NCBI RefSeq assembly: GCF_001194135.2
Contig: NC_068982.1
Location: 107,144,064 to 107,208,063, forward strand
Reading direction: 5' to 3'
DNA length: 64,000 nt
Origin: Octopus bimaculoides
Taxonomy: Eukaryota
Below, one piece after another: positions 39,015 through 51,660 of this stretch. Every line of letters starts with the position of its first letter. Positions within the stretch are counted from its first letter, which is position 1. The notes under the pieces were generated by a model. That model ran no database searches and had not been told where the DNA came from. It saw only the letters and a list, made by a program, of their open reading frames with translations. Both the position numbers and the translations under genes were made by a program.

Positions 39015-42000
39015 AACTTAATGAAACGGCCACTTAAGAAACAGTAGAAAAATGTTTAAGGCCCATAGTTAAGAAATTAGAAGAGGTACTTAGAACTGGC
39101 ATCGCATCCAACGTACTGGCGGCAAGGTTGGCTCTCGACCAACACTTCAACGCCAAACACGAAGGATGCGTTGTCAAAGCTAGGATGCGTGCTCTGAGGA
39201 ACGAAGGAGTTGGAGCCGCCCAAGAGGCCCGAGTGGCAGAGGCGCAACGAGGCAACAAAGCCACTTTTAGGTCTCTGACAGATGAGCAGGGGCGCGAACT
39301 ACTCGAGCCTGAAAGGATGCGTGAGGCCTTTCAACAACAATTTGCCCGACTGTTCGGGACAACTGGTGGGTCAGAACGCAGAGTGGACTTTAGTGCCTAC
39401 CTGCATAGCCTGCCACGACTCTCAGCAAGAGAGGCGGAGTGTTGTGAAAGACCCATTACAGCCGCGGACGTACGGGATGCGATGGCTGGCTGCGCGGGAG
39501 ACAAGTCACCAGGCGTGGCTGGTCTGCCCTACGGACTTTATTGTCACATGCCAGATTTGTTTGGAGGCGCCTTGGCAGCTGTCTACTGCAACTGGCAGCA
39601 AACAGGAGTAACCCCGTTTCTGTAAAGCGAGGAGCGGTGGCACTGCTAAAGAAAGATCCAAACAAGGGGAACGTCATAGATAACTTCAGGTTCATCAATC
39701 TGCTCAATGCAGATTTGAAGATTTTGGCTAATGTGTTAGCCGAGAGGTTGGCGCTTGTCATCGAGAAACTGGTCAACAAGGTGCAAATGTGCGCCGTGTA
39801 TGGTAGGCGTATCCATGACAACTTCCATCTGATGCGCTACATCATAGACAGGGTAGTTAAGGAATCTGGCATGGGTGGGGCGCTGATCAATTTGGATCAA
39901 TCAAAAGCTTTTGATAGAGTAGACCATCACTACTTGGAGGCTGTCCTTAGAGCGGCTGGTTTCGGTTCCGTCTTCTGCGGTTGGATCGCTGCTCTATACA
40001 GCGGCATCTGCTCGGTAGTTCGCGTAAATGGTCATCTGTCCAGACCATTTAACATCACGCATTCGGTTCGTCAAGGATGCCCCNNNNNNNNNNNNNNNNN
40101 NNNNNNNNNNNNNNNNNNNNNNNNNNNNNNNNNNNNNNNNNNNNNNNNNNNNNNNNNNNNNNNNNNNNNNNNNNNNNNNNNNNNNNNNNNNNNNNNNNNN
40201 NNNNNNNNNNNNNNNNNNNNNNNNNNNNNNNNNNNNNNNNNNNNNNNNNNNNNNNNNNNNNNNNNNNNNNNNNNNNNNNNNNNNNNNNNNNNNNNNNNNN
40301 NNNNNNNNNNNNNNNNNNNNNNNNNNNNNNNNNNNNNNNNNNNNNNNNNNNNNNNNNNNNNNNNNNNNNNNNNNNNNNNNNNNNNNNNNNNNNNNNNNNN
40401 NNNNNNNNNNNNNNNNNNNNNNNNNNNNNNNNNNNNNNNNNNNNNNNNNNNNNNNNNNNNNNNNNNNNNNNNNNNAAAAAATTAACCGGGAAAAGTCAGT
40501 GGGCTTACGGCTCGGCACCTGGAGAAGCAAGCCCATGTCGTCGAACAGCGTCTCCATCGTGGGACGCTGGATCGACGGACCGGTTAAATTGCCCGGAGTT
40601 TGGTTCGGCCCGGACCTCCAATTGGAGAAGAACTGGGACGAGATAACGAGTAGGGTGGCCACTCTCACCCAGCAATGGGCCCAGAGGAAGCTATCCCTAA
40701 AAGGTCGGGTGGAGGTGGCGAACGCGTACATCACATCCGTCATCGATTACCATCTGAACGTCGTGCCTTGTCCCGACTCTACCATCACCAAACTGGAACG
40801 CATACTCTTCCGCTTTTTGTGGAAGGGAAGCGTTCCTATGGTTAGGCGATCCATTTGCTGTCAACACACGCTAAATGGAGGGCTGGGCATGTGGTTGATG
40901 ATGTGCAGACATGCGCTGAGACTGCGACATCTCTGCTGCTTCATAGACGACGGTGAACAGGTGTGGTCGCCGTTTGTGCGGCGCGTTTTCCCGCAGCTCA
41001 TCTCTTTGGCTGAACTGCAGTCGTGGATCAAACAGAGACCGAGACTAGGCGAATTGCACCGCGAGTGCCACCTTGCTCTAAAGCATTTCTGCCGTCCGGG
41101 ACCAAACTTGTGTAACTTCAGTTCCACAAAGGCGTTTTATAGAGGATTAGTGGAGGAGAGAGGTGCGACGACGTTCTTGGGCAGAATATGGGCGTCGACG
41201 GGGAACATCTGACCCACCTGTTCAGGACAACTTTCGGGACCTATGGACAATCACCAGAGATCCCTAGTCTGGCAGTGCTATCGAGAAGCATTGCCCGTTC
41301 GGGATAAGCTCTACAGGCACTGTTCGAGACACATCGGACCAACTTGCTCGAGATGAAGTCAGAGCGACGAAACCGTTCTGCACGCACTCGTGCAGTGTCC
41401 AACCATTTCTGACCTGTGGGCTTATGCCGAACGGCTGCTGTCACGTGTGGGACGAATTCGGTTGTTGACCAAGTCTATCGTGAAAATTGCTCCGCCACCT
41501 GTCCTTAACCGGGAAGGCAAGGCAGTCTTTATCGTACTAGTGGCCACGGTGAAAGAATGCGTGTGGTAGGCTCGAGCGAAAGGTTTAGAGACAAACACTT
41601 TCCTCTCTGGTGGTCAATCGCTCATCAACTTTTTCAAGTACCACTTGAAAAGGAAGGTGAGAATAGAGAGGCCAGTTTTGTCTCGTGAAAGTTTACATAA
41701 AAAGGTGGGTAAATGTAACAAAGAAGGNNNNNNNNNNNNNNNNNNNNNNNNNNNNNNNNNNNNNNNNNNNNNNNNNNNNNNNNNNNNNNNNNNNNNNNNN
41801 NNNNNNNNNNNNNNNNNNNNNNNNNNNNNNNNNNNNNNNNNNNNNNNNNNNNNNNNNNNNNNNNNNNNNNNNNNNNNNNNNNNNNNNNNNNNNNNNNNNN
41901 NNNNNNNNNNNNNNNNNNNNNNNNNNNNNNNNNNNNNNNNNNNNNNNNNNNNNNNNNNNNNNNNNNNNNNNNNNNNNNNNNNNNNNNNNNNNNNNNNNNN

Positions 42001-42112
42001 NNNNNNNNNNNNNNNNNNNNNNNNNNNNNNNNNNNNNNNNNNNNNNNNNNNNNNNNNNNNNNNNNNNNNNNNNNNNNNNNNNNNNNNNNNNNTGTGTGGC
42101 TAATAAAGAAAC
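39015..42112 (+). mobile_element. 5'-truncated Tx1-clade (L1 group) LINE with two internal N gaps
   Basis: RT motifs NFRFINLLNADLKILA, GRRIHDN, LDQSKAFDRVDH, VRQGCP; then LSLKGRV, FRFLWKG; C-terminal LPVRDKL...CSR*...ETVLHALVQCP knuckle. Several frameshifts and stops. aataaa lies at the 3' end just before the microsatellite. Confidence 0.9.
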
Positions 42113-42150
42113 TTATCTGTCTATCTATCCGTCTGTCTGTGCTCGTGCGC

Positions 42151-42217
<67 letters not shown>

Positions 42218-43215
42218 CCTACCTATCTATCTATCTATCTATCTATCTCTATCTATCTATCTATGCATGCGTGTACGTCTATTATGCTTACTCTGATTGT
42301 ATGTGTGTGCGCGCCCGCACTTACACATTCCATCCTGTGTATCGACAGTTTATCTGGCTTAGTTTATCCGTCGTCAAATTTCTCAGATGGTGTCCACAAG
42401 GACACGAGACAAATTTAATAAACAGGGGTTTTCTACTAGCAATGGAAACCAGTTAGCTGACTCAGCTTGCAGAGAGTCTGCAACCTAACACTACACAACG
42501 GCTACTACTGTCTTGGATAGATATTCCGATAAATCCCTGTATTTTCCCACGTACCTCTACACTGAGGTTACTGTCACCCTTTTCTGTGATAAGCCTAAAG
42601 GGGTGGAGATACGTCACATGGCATATAATAGGGCATAAGCGCCCCCCCTAGAAGTCTTGTAATGACTTTTCTGTTATATCTCTTCAGATCACCTCATTGG
42701 AATGTCACCTCTCCTGTCGTTCAGTAGAGTCATGTGTTATTCTATTATTTATATTGTAATTGTTGTTGTTGAAGTAGAAATGGAGGGAATAGGGGCGATG
42801 ATGAGTGATGCTGCCTTTGTTTGCTCTTGTGCTGTTTCCATTTTTTTGTTGTTGCTGTTGTTCTCTTCTAATTGTTATTTTCTTGCTATTTTAAAATAAC
42901 AAGAAAAATTGTTCATTTTGTTCTCTGTCATTCACTACACTTTTCATTATTGTTACCATTATATTCGATTCAGCAGCTACTGTCATTGTTTCTTTGTTCA
43001 GGCTGTTTCATACCCACTCATACCAAGGTCAGCTTTGCTTCGCATCCTCTCGGGGCGGAGTCCTTAAAATAAAGGCGCAGGAGTCGATTTTAATCAAGTA
43101 AACTCCCCTCCTTAGTTTCTGGCCCTGTCCCAAAATTTGAAACCGTCATCATCATCATCATAATCATCATCATCATCATCATCATCATCCTCCTCCTCAT
43201 CATCATCAGCAACAG

Positions 43216-43410
43216 CAGCGAGCTTGCAGAATTGTCAGGACACCGGGCAAAATGCTTAACGGTATTTCGTCTGCCGCTACGTTCTGAGTTCAAATTCTGC
43301 CGAGGTCGACTTTGCCTTTCATCCATTCGGAGTTGATAAATTAAGTACCAGTGAAACACTGGGGTAGATGTAATCGACTAAATTTCAGGCCTTGTGCCTT
43401 TAGTAGATAG
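43216..43410 (+). mobile_element. OK-like SINE
   Basis: Family consensus: gttctgagttcaaattctgccgaggtcgactttgcc. Confidence 0.8.
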
Positions 43411-43424
43411 GATTATTATTATAA

Positions 43425-43924
43425 TTGAGTGAGAGAGCAATACATGCAATCAAATTGGCACTGGGGTACAAATATACGAAACCCAGTATACTCATCATTA
43501 CTACCCGTCAGTTGTTTGACCTTAAACAGTAGAGCAAGTCTTTTAGTGGCTGACGATATGCGCATTTCTGATCACGAGCAGAAGTAGTGGGAGAGCATCA
43601 TAGTCATGTGTTGAGGGGAATTCTTTGGAGTTTGGATGATTCACCTCTGGAAACATGGGTGTTCATTCAACATCCTTAAACAACCTTTATTCAGGGACCT
43701 TTTGAGCGGGATGGGCTACTCAACATGAAGAAACTTCTAACTGGGCCACACCTGCAAGGTCGTGCGCTGATTATCTTGATACGAGATCACCATGTCGCCC
43801 ACATATGGTTGTGGTGCATGTACCTGGTGTACCCTTATCAGACGGGTAGTCATAATGGGTATACTGAGCTTCGTATATTTTACCCCAGTGTCAATGTGAT
43901 GGTATGTACTGGTCTCTCACTTAA
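43425..43924. mobile_element. 500-bp MITE with about 85-bp TIRs embedded in (TTA)n/(TAA)n
   Basis: Left end ttgagtgagagagc...ctacccgtcag is the reverse complement of the right end cagacgggtag...ggtctctcacttaa, about 80 percent by eye. A second, truncated and inverted copy lies at 52666-53002. Confidence 0.75.
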
Positions 43925-43970
43925 TAATAATAATAATAATAATAATAATTATTATTATTATTATTATTGC

Positions 43971-44179
43971 TTCAAATTTTTACCACAAGGGCAACTTGAT
44001 GGAGGTGATTAAGTCGATTACATCTACCCCAGTTCGTAACTGGTACTTATTTAATCAACCCCAAAAGGATCAAAGCTAATGTCAAACCTCGGCGGAATTT
44101 GAACTCAGAACATAGCAACGGGTGAAGTACCGCTAAGCATTTCGCCCGGCGCACTAGCGATTCTGCCAGTTCGCCGCCT
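43971..44179 (-). mobile_element. OK-like SINE
   Basis: Family consensus on the minus strand. Confidence 0.8.
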
Positions 44180-44186
44180 TAATAGC

Positions 44187-44243
<57 letters not shown>

Positions 44244-44859
44244 AATAATAATAATAATAATAATAATGATCTCTTCTGTATTTGCCATGAAGTCGAGAGA
44301 TGCGGAAACACTGCGAGAACAAATTGCAAAAATGGCACGAGAGTTTAGTGTCGAGAAGTTGATATCACAAGCAGGCTGGATTCGAATATGAGGAAATCTA
44401 TTGTGATGATCATGCTGTCGCATACTTCTTTTGACCGGGAAATGCGGGCAGTTTTCCTCTGTTTGGTGATTATGACAAAAAAGACCGTATGGGGGACAAG
44501 GCTAAAAGAAACTGAGGACTGACGCTTTTCTTCTTTTGTCAAGGCCTTATCAACTTCAAGTTCCACGCAAATAATGAGCAGCTGTTATTCAGTAAATATA
44601 CTGAAGAGGAAGAGTGGTGCTGATTGGAGAGAATAGTTCGGATTAATAGGTTCACACTCAGCATGTGCCGCTAGGTTAGGGAAAGGTAGTTAGAGTAATC
44701 CTTGGATATATGGGGTTCATTTATTGACCCTAAATATATGTATATATTTTAAAATGTTCTCTTGTTCGATTCAATATCTCCTCTTAGCAATTGTTTAAAA
44801 TCTGTTCTTGCAATCTTCCCTTGTCTGTCATCCTTGAGTCAAATGAAGAAACGATCGTG

Positions 44860-44898
44860 ATCATCAACATCATCATCATTATTGTCACCACCACCACC

Positions 44899-44930
<32 letters not shown>

Positions 44931-45170
44931 CACCACCACCACCACTACCACTACCACTACCACTGACGCTGCCATCACCAGTACCATCGCCACCACCACA
45001 AGCGCCACACATTGCCATGACTACCACCACTACAACCATTACGACGATGACGACGACGACCACCACCACCACCACCATCACCACAGCCATCGTCACAGCC
45101 ACCATCACTGATACTGATGTCTACGCCGTCACCGCCACCACCGTCGTCTTCATCATTACCATTGTTGCTA
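44860..45170. repeat. Low-complexity trinucleotide mosaic (CAC/CAT/CAA/GAC)
   Basis: Direct reading. Open in several frames only because of repeat composition. Confidence 0.9.
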
Positions 45171-45489
45171 AAAAAAGACATTGATTGTAAAACAAAATCG
45201 AAAAAATAAAAACACTATATCAACTTCACTCTTTCTTATTACTGACGACGACTAAAAGCAAATATCTCATTACTCACAAAAAAATTTAAAAACCAAAGAA
45301 TGAAAGAAAAATATCCTTCCCTGATACTAGTTATCAGAAGAAAAGAACTTCGGCAAACAACTGGGGGTTTGAAATATCCGTTCTATAGGTTAGCAGCTGC
45401 ATCCCCATCGGCATATGTGTGTGTTCATATGGATTTATTAAAAGAAATTTTCATGTAAACTGAATGTACTAAATGAAATCTTCGTGCAT

Positions 45490-46710
45490 GTATGTATGTA
45501 TGTATGTATGTATGTATGTCATTATTCAGTTTATTTCAAGATTTTTTGCCAATAGAGAAAGAACCGGTTTCTAACCAAGATCCAAGGTTCCTTCATTGGA
45601 ATTTCAACATCAACAACAGTATTTTTGTTTGTATGTATGTATGTATGTATGTATGTACGTGCAGATTTGTTTGTTTTATGTATGTATTCTCATGCATATA
45701 GTTGCATATCTAGACATGCTCATATATATTTAAATGATAAACTTCTGGAAAGTTTTACAGATTTTTACAGTTCCAGTGATGGATTGGACCTGTAGTCTTC
45801 TAATTAGCTTTCTCCTTTCTGGTTTTGAGAAGCCTAATTTCTCAAGATTGGTATTTAGGCAGTGTGTTACACATCCCAGTGCCCCAATAATTACAGGTAT
45901 AAACCTGAACTAGTAATCTGGATAGAGTAACTGCAGATTTATGCAGTTCAGCATAGATGTTCTCTTTTTCACTGATCTTCAGCTTTATGTTAACATCTGC
46001 TGGGCAGCTAATTTCCACAACTGTGCACAGTTTCTCTTCTCTATCCCAAATCATTATATCAGGTCTGTTGTGATTAGATTTTACTGAGGTCTTCACTGGT
46101 ACATTCCACCAATATTTCTTTTTCATTATGAGTGGCTATGGCTTCTACCATATTGTGGGCCTTATTTCTTTGTCCTCGGGATTATCCTTTCATGAGATTT
46201 CATTATAGAGTGTCCTGTCCTAGCTACAACGTCATGTCTCATCGCTAGATAATACCGTGATGACATTTTCGGACAACTGCTTATGATATGGGTGATGTCT
46301 TCAGTGTGAACTCCACAAAGTCTGCATCGGTTGTCACATTTTTCTGTTTTTCTTGCATCTCTATCCGTTTTGTCCATCAGGTACTTGGTTGATATTTCCT
46401 GTTCCCGGATTGCAAACGCATACCCTTCAAAGTGAAAGGCAGTAATCTGGCTATTCGTCCATGATAGACTGCTTTGATGATCGATGTTACTATCATCACG
46501 GAGCTTTCTACTAACATATCCATGCATAGTCTTCTGCTCATACAGGCTTATTCTTTCATCTGCTGATACGTTGCAGTAGAGTCGCGCAACTTCTTTGGGC
46601 ATGTATTCTAGGTTTTCAGATAAAGAGTGTTGCTCAAGGAGCTGCCTTCCAAGTCTTATGATGTTATCAGCCTCACGTATGCAAACTTGGTCAAGGGATG
46701 CACTTCGACG
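45490..46710 (-). mobile_element. 5'-truncated R4/Dong-clade LINE with (CATA)n tail
   Basis: MHGYVSRKL...FEGYAFAIREQEISTKYL...CRLCGVHTEDITHIISSCPKMSSRYYLAMRHD, then KYWWNVPVKT...NRPDIMIWD...VVEISCP (CCHC knuckle plus PD..E RLE core). 3' UTR ends in catacata. Confidence 0.88.
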
Positions 46711-46711
46711 C

Positions 46712-46895
46712 TTGGTAGTTAATGTATGTATGTATGTATGTCATTATTCAGTTTTATTTCAAGATTTCTTGTCAATAGAGAAAGAGTCGGTTTCTAACCT
46801 AGATCCAAGGCTCTTTCATTGGAATTTCAATATCAACAGGGTGTGAATGAATGTATGTATGTATGTATGTATGTATGTATGTATGTATGTATGTG
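46712..46895 (-). mobile_element. Second, 3'-end-only copy of the same R4 3' UTR unit between (CATA)n runs
   Basis: 46735-46845 matches 45518-45625: tcattattcagttt..atttcaagattt..caatagagaaaga..cggtttctaacc.agatccaagg. Confidence 0.8.
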
Positions 46896-47891
46896 TTTGC
46901 ACAGCATAAAATGCTAGGTTATTTTGTACAATCTAACACCATATTTTCCTTATTATGGTTAGTTTCGACGCAAAACAGCATAACGGGATCAGATTTACTA
47001 AGAGTGAAAATGAAACTGTGGATGTGAAGTGAATGGTATGTAACATTCTGTGGTTTATGCCGCTCCACTGCCCTCAATAAATTATTCCTTAGATCGGTAC
47101 AATGATACTCTCGTAAAATTTATAGCTGGTTTAATTGACTTCAGTACATTGGTAATGATTATTTTATTATCCCTAACTGGGTTTGAACTGAGAACACACA
47201 CACACTCACACACATATAAAAAAAAAATTTTTTAAAACAGATCTGAATACATGTCAAATGGTAGACTGGAGGTGTTGATCTAATGGGCATCCTTCGACTT
47301 TTTCTATCTGAAGTCTTTTTAACCTAATGTTTATACGCTATTATTTGCAGCTTTATTTGCTTCGAAATTTCACCGATCCTAAAAGCTAAATGTTTCTTTT
47401 TATGACTTACTCAGAGAGAAAAAAGCAGCGGTCTTATCCTTTATTTGCAAGACTTACGATACTAGTCGACAGAAAGGGAGGACATGGGTTATCTTCTGAC
47501 TGTAGTTCTTGTCTGAGTGCTCGCAAAAGCATATAAGAGCCCAGTGGTAGTGTTAAACTGAGCTACAGATTATGTCTACCATCCGAAATAAATCTAAAAC
47601 ATAACACAAAATCTGCCACCTAAACTTTAATTTTATATGAAGATTTTCACATCGAGTATTATCTCCGGCAAATTTAGTCATTCCCGGTATTTCTATTTAT
47701 AACAATTAAGTGGTCATGAGTATTGTTCTACAAGTGTCACATGGAAGGTTGCTACAATACTTCAGCAATTACATAGAAATGCTCATTTTAAGGATTAAGT
47801 ATTAAAAACTTGTAAGTTATTGTTGTTGGAGGTGACACAGATTATTTTACATTTTCTACTTTGCTCATTTTATTATTTGTAGCGGTTTCAA

Positions 47892-48102
47892 GGCGGCGAG
47901 GTAGCAGATTCGTTAGCACACCGGGCAAAATGCTTAGCGGCATTTCGTCCGTCATTACGTTTTGAGTTCAAATTCCGCCGAAGTCGACTTTGCCTTTCAT
48001 CCTGTCGAGGTCGATGAAATAAGTACCAGTTACGCACTGGGTCGATGTAATCGACTAGTCCCCTGCCTCCAAATTTCAGGCCTTGTGCTTTCAGTAGAAA
48101 CG
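47892..48102 (+). mobile_element. OK-like SINE with 19-bp TSD (one mismatch)
   Basis: TSD attatttgtagcggtttca at 47872-47890 and attatctgtagcggtttca at 48103-48121. Confidence 0.85.
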
Positions 48103-48574
48103 ATTATCTGTAGCGGTTTCATTTTAATTATTTATTGTCAGGGGCTACACACGGTGACTAATTCCTGACATAAGTACACAACCTTACATTTTTGGGAAGC
48201 AATATATTGGATTGAGTCAAATTCATTATTTCAATAGTACATATATAGTCGACAGCGGAATGGAGATAAGGAAAAGATGAGCTCAACGGGTTTGAACTTG
48301 GGATGTAAAGAAACATAATCAATTAACAATTTGTTCACTGCTCTACCAATTTTTGCATTTATAGTATTTATGACCGCACACAGTAATTAGATCTTATATT
48401 ATCTGATTTTAATTAACAAAACATCATGCCCCCCCCCCCCCAAGAGAAAATTTGTTACTTTTATTCGATTTTACTGTCCAAAGTCACGCAAACCTGATAT
48501 TAGTGGTGGCTTTCATCACAGCTAGATGAAAAAAAGTAATTAAGTAATTTAATTAAAGCCTCCATAGTATTGGT

Positions 48575-48712
48575 TTAAAATTGTGGCACATGGTCTGCAA
48601 TTTTGGGGGAGAGGTTAGTCGATTACATCGAGCCCAGTGCTCAAGTGGTACTTATTTTATCGATCTCGAAAGGATAAAAGGCAAAGTCGACCTCGGCGGA
48701 ATTTGAACTCAT
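48575..48712 (-). mobile_element. 5'-truncated OK-like SINE
   Basis: Family body ending at gaatttgaactc. Confidence 0.75.
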
Positions 48713-49831
48713 AAAAATACTTGTATAGTATTAAACAGTATAAAGTGATGAATTGCAAAAACAGTCGTGAATTTGAATAAAACGCAGAATAGAATCAATG
48801 ATTGCTCTGGGTTCTGAGTTCAATCACTTGTAGGTCGGTATAACCTTTCGTTATCTCGAAATTTATTCAGACAATTCGTCTACATAAATTAGTTTTAATA
48901 GATAATATTCAAGCCTAACAAATTTGTCGCTTTAGGCCATTTTCTAGAAATCTTTATGAAAATAAGTTCGAATGATTTCGCACACTTGTGTCTCTGAAAC
49001 TGTACGCTTTCAATTATTTCTGTGTACATTCTCTCTCCTCCCCCTCCCTCTCTCTCTCGCTCTCTCTTTCTCTCTAAATTCTATTCCAGATTACAAATAT
49101 TTCAATTTGTAACATGCAACCTGTAGAATCAATTACTTAAAAAAATGAAGAAAACTATAAAGCTTATACTTCCAAGTTTTATTAGTTTTATTCTTTTTTA
49201 AATCCGTTCTTTTTCCTCTTTACATGGAAAATTTCCATCACAAATGTAAAGAAATCTATTTACTAACATCAGTAAAGATGTACGAAACTGTTTCCAAATA
49301 GTTGTATTGTCGGTCATTCAAGTTAGCGTTAATAAAATAAATTCTATGTTATTAAATTCTCTAATGGAAAATAAGAAATCATATTAATAAAATGTAGTGT
49401 AATAGGCGGGTCAGCTTTGCCAAGCTTATTACTCTGAATGAGTCAGGTTGACCTAAGCCCAGAAATCGTAGAAAACTGAGTCACAGACGCCTCTAGCCGG
49501 GAGCTTACCACCAAGCTTATTGCACTCTCATAGATCAAATTTACGGATCTATTAAATCGATAGTTATTGATTTTAAGCATAAACATACATGCTCAGGCAT
49601 ACAGAGGAAGGTTTTCTGCATTTTACTTATCTATTTATATTAATGCAAGTAAAGGAGAAGTCTAGAACCGGAAATTCGGTCCAGGTGGCAAACTTGGCTG
49701 ACTAGAAACCTTTCTCTTTTCCTCAATACTGACTTTTGCAATTGTTGTTAATTTTAATCGTATTAGTAATTAAAGATAATCCTTAATTACACGTACACAC
49801 ATGCTGATACATATATATTCATATATGTATG

Positions 49832-49894
<63 letters not shown>

Positions 49895-50042
49895 GTTATG
49901 AGAGATACTGGTGTCAATAAGACACAAAGGTGTCAGATAATGCTGAGTAAGTGCTATGAACTCCAGTTAAGCTCCAGGTTCGGTGATTATGCGAATGAGG
50001 AGTCCAACGTAGGTCATATATCAGCATGCGTATATATAAAAA

Positions 50043-50220
50043 AAATTTTCAGAAGGAGATAAAAATCCAAGGCTGTGAAAGATTTTAGAACATTTATAAA
50101 TAGAAGGTCTTACAGCTGTTTCCGGGATATATAAAATATCCCGGAAACAGCTGTAAGACCTATTTATAAATGTTCTAAATTCTTTCACAGCCTTGGATTT
50201 TTATCTCATTCTGAAAATTT
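50043..50220. repeat. Near-perfect hairpin (about 88-bp arms, 5-nt loop) in a (TA)n context
   Basis: 50043-50130 is the reverse complement of 50136-50220. Each arm carries GAAACAGCTGTAAG. Confidence 0.9.
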
Positions 50221-51507
50221 ATATATATAAACGAAAAATAATTCGTAACATATCATAGAACAGGAATTAATTCATGTTATAAAATAAATAACATTAAATT
50301 TATTAGCACAAGGTTGAACGCAAATACATGCTCAAGGTTTCAAACAAATCAAGTAGATTAATAGAAAAGGTACTCATATGAGAGGACAAAATAAATGGTA
50401 TTCCGCCCCACAAATGTCAAATTTCTCTTTTTCCCTACAGCATAGGAATTTATTCAAATAACCAACTTCATTGCATAATTTCTCGTGACGTTACCATCAT
50501 CTCCTAGTCTGGATATATCTGTCTATATCTATCAATGATTTAGTTCTAATTAACTATAAATAATTACCATGCGGTAAGTAGCGCCCACTGTTGAAAGCAG
50601 TGGGAGCAATGTATACGTAAAGCTGCAAGCGTTGCTAATGTTACATCCTCTCATGGACACGAAAAGGGCAATGAGTAACTTAACTTTTGGAGCACGCATT
50701 TTCAGCGTCTGCCGATTCACTCGCTTGGTTTTGTCATTGAGTCTACACAAAGCCTCCCATTAATGGTCAAGGAAGAAGGAGCAAGTGACATGGAGAGAGA
50801 GAGAATAAAGAGTTAGAGAGAGAGAGAAAGAGTAAGAGGGAGGGACAGAGAGAGAAAGAGTAAGAGAGAGAGAGAGAGAGATGGGGAGTGTCAATGAGGG
50901 AGCCTTATATCGACTCACGACCAGCTAGAAATATCAACTTAAATGTCTCTGAAATCAAGTCCTACTGTCTTACAAAAGAAAGAAATATTCGAAAATGTGG
51001 CCCTAGATACACCACGTTTAAAAAAGAGAACAAGATAGGATCTTCACGATAGGAATATCGTTGACTTGTTTAACCACGGCTGGCATGCAGTTAAACAAAA
51101 CCAGCACCGCTAACAATGACAACAACGACTACCACAACAGCAACAAATTAACGCACGACTCTTTAACAAAAATACAGTATGAAGAGAAAATTATATGAAG
51201 TAACGAAAGCCAATTAACATATAGAGGCAGGTCTAAGAGACAGATTAATACTGCACACTGCTGATGAGAGCCATTGCGCTGAGACAAAGACTTTCCTGGT
51301 GAACCTCCAGTTCTCCATTTGCGAGTGTTCATAGTCAACATTAATGTGCTAAACCCTCTCTCTCTCTTCCTCTCTATCTCCCTTTCTCCCCCTCTCTCTT
51401 TCTCACACACGCACTATCGCTCAATACATCTGAGTATCAAATTTATTTTTGATAGCGAGAGCATTGACCATCACTTAGAAGTTTCATTATTGTTAGCTTT
51501 GTCGGAC

Positions 51508-51660
51508 TGATACATACATACATACATACATACATACATACATACATACATACATACATACATGCATACATACATACATACATGCATACATGCATACACA
51601 CATACATACATACATACATACATACATACATACATACATACATACATACATACATACGTA
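51508..51660. repeat. (CATA)n array
   Basis: Direct reading. Confidence 0.95.

Noticed and set aside
44791-45184. Pro/Thr/His-rich ORFs resembling mucin or extensin
   Set aside because: A trinucleotide mosaic open in several frames on both strands, with no splice or domain support.
50441-50573. Strong plus-strand acceptor and donor pair ending in ATG CG
   Set aside because: All three frames contain stops and no downstream phase-2 partner exon was identified; such pairs arise by chance in 64 kb.
51255-51295. CTGATGAG-stem-GAGAC hammerhead look-alike (also ctgatgaagcc near 56846)
   Set aside because: The GAAA core is broken and no helix I or III can be formed.
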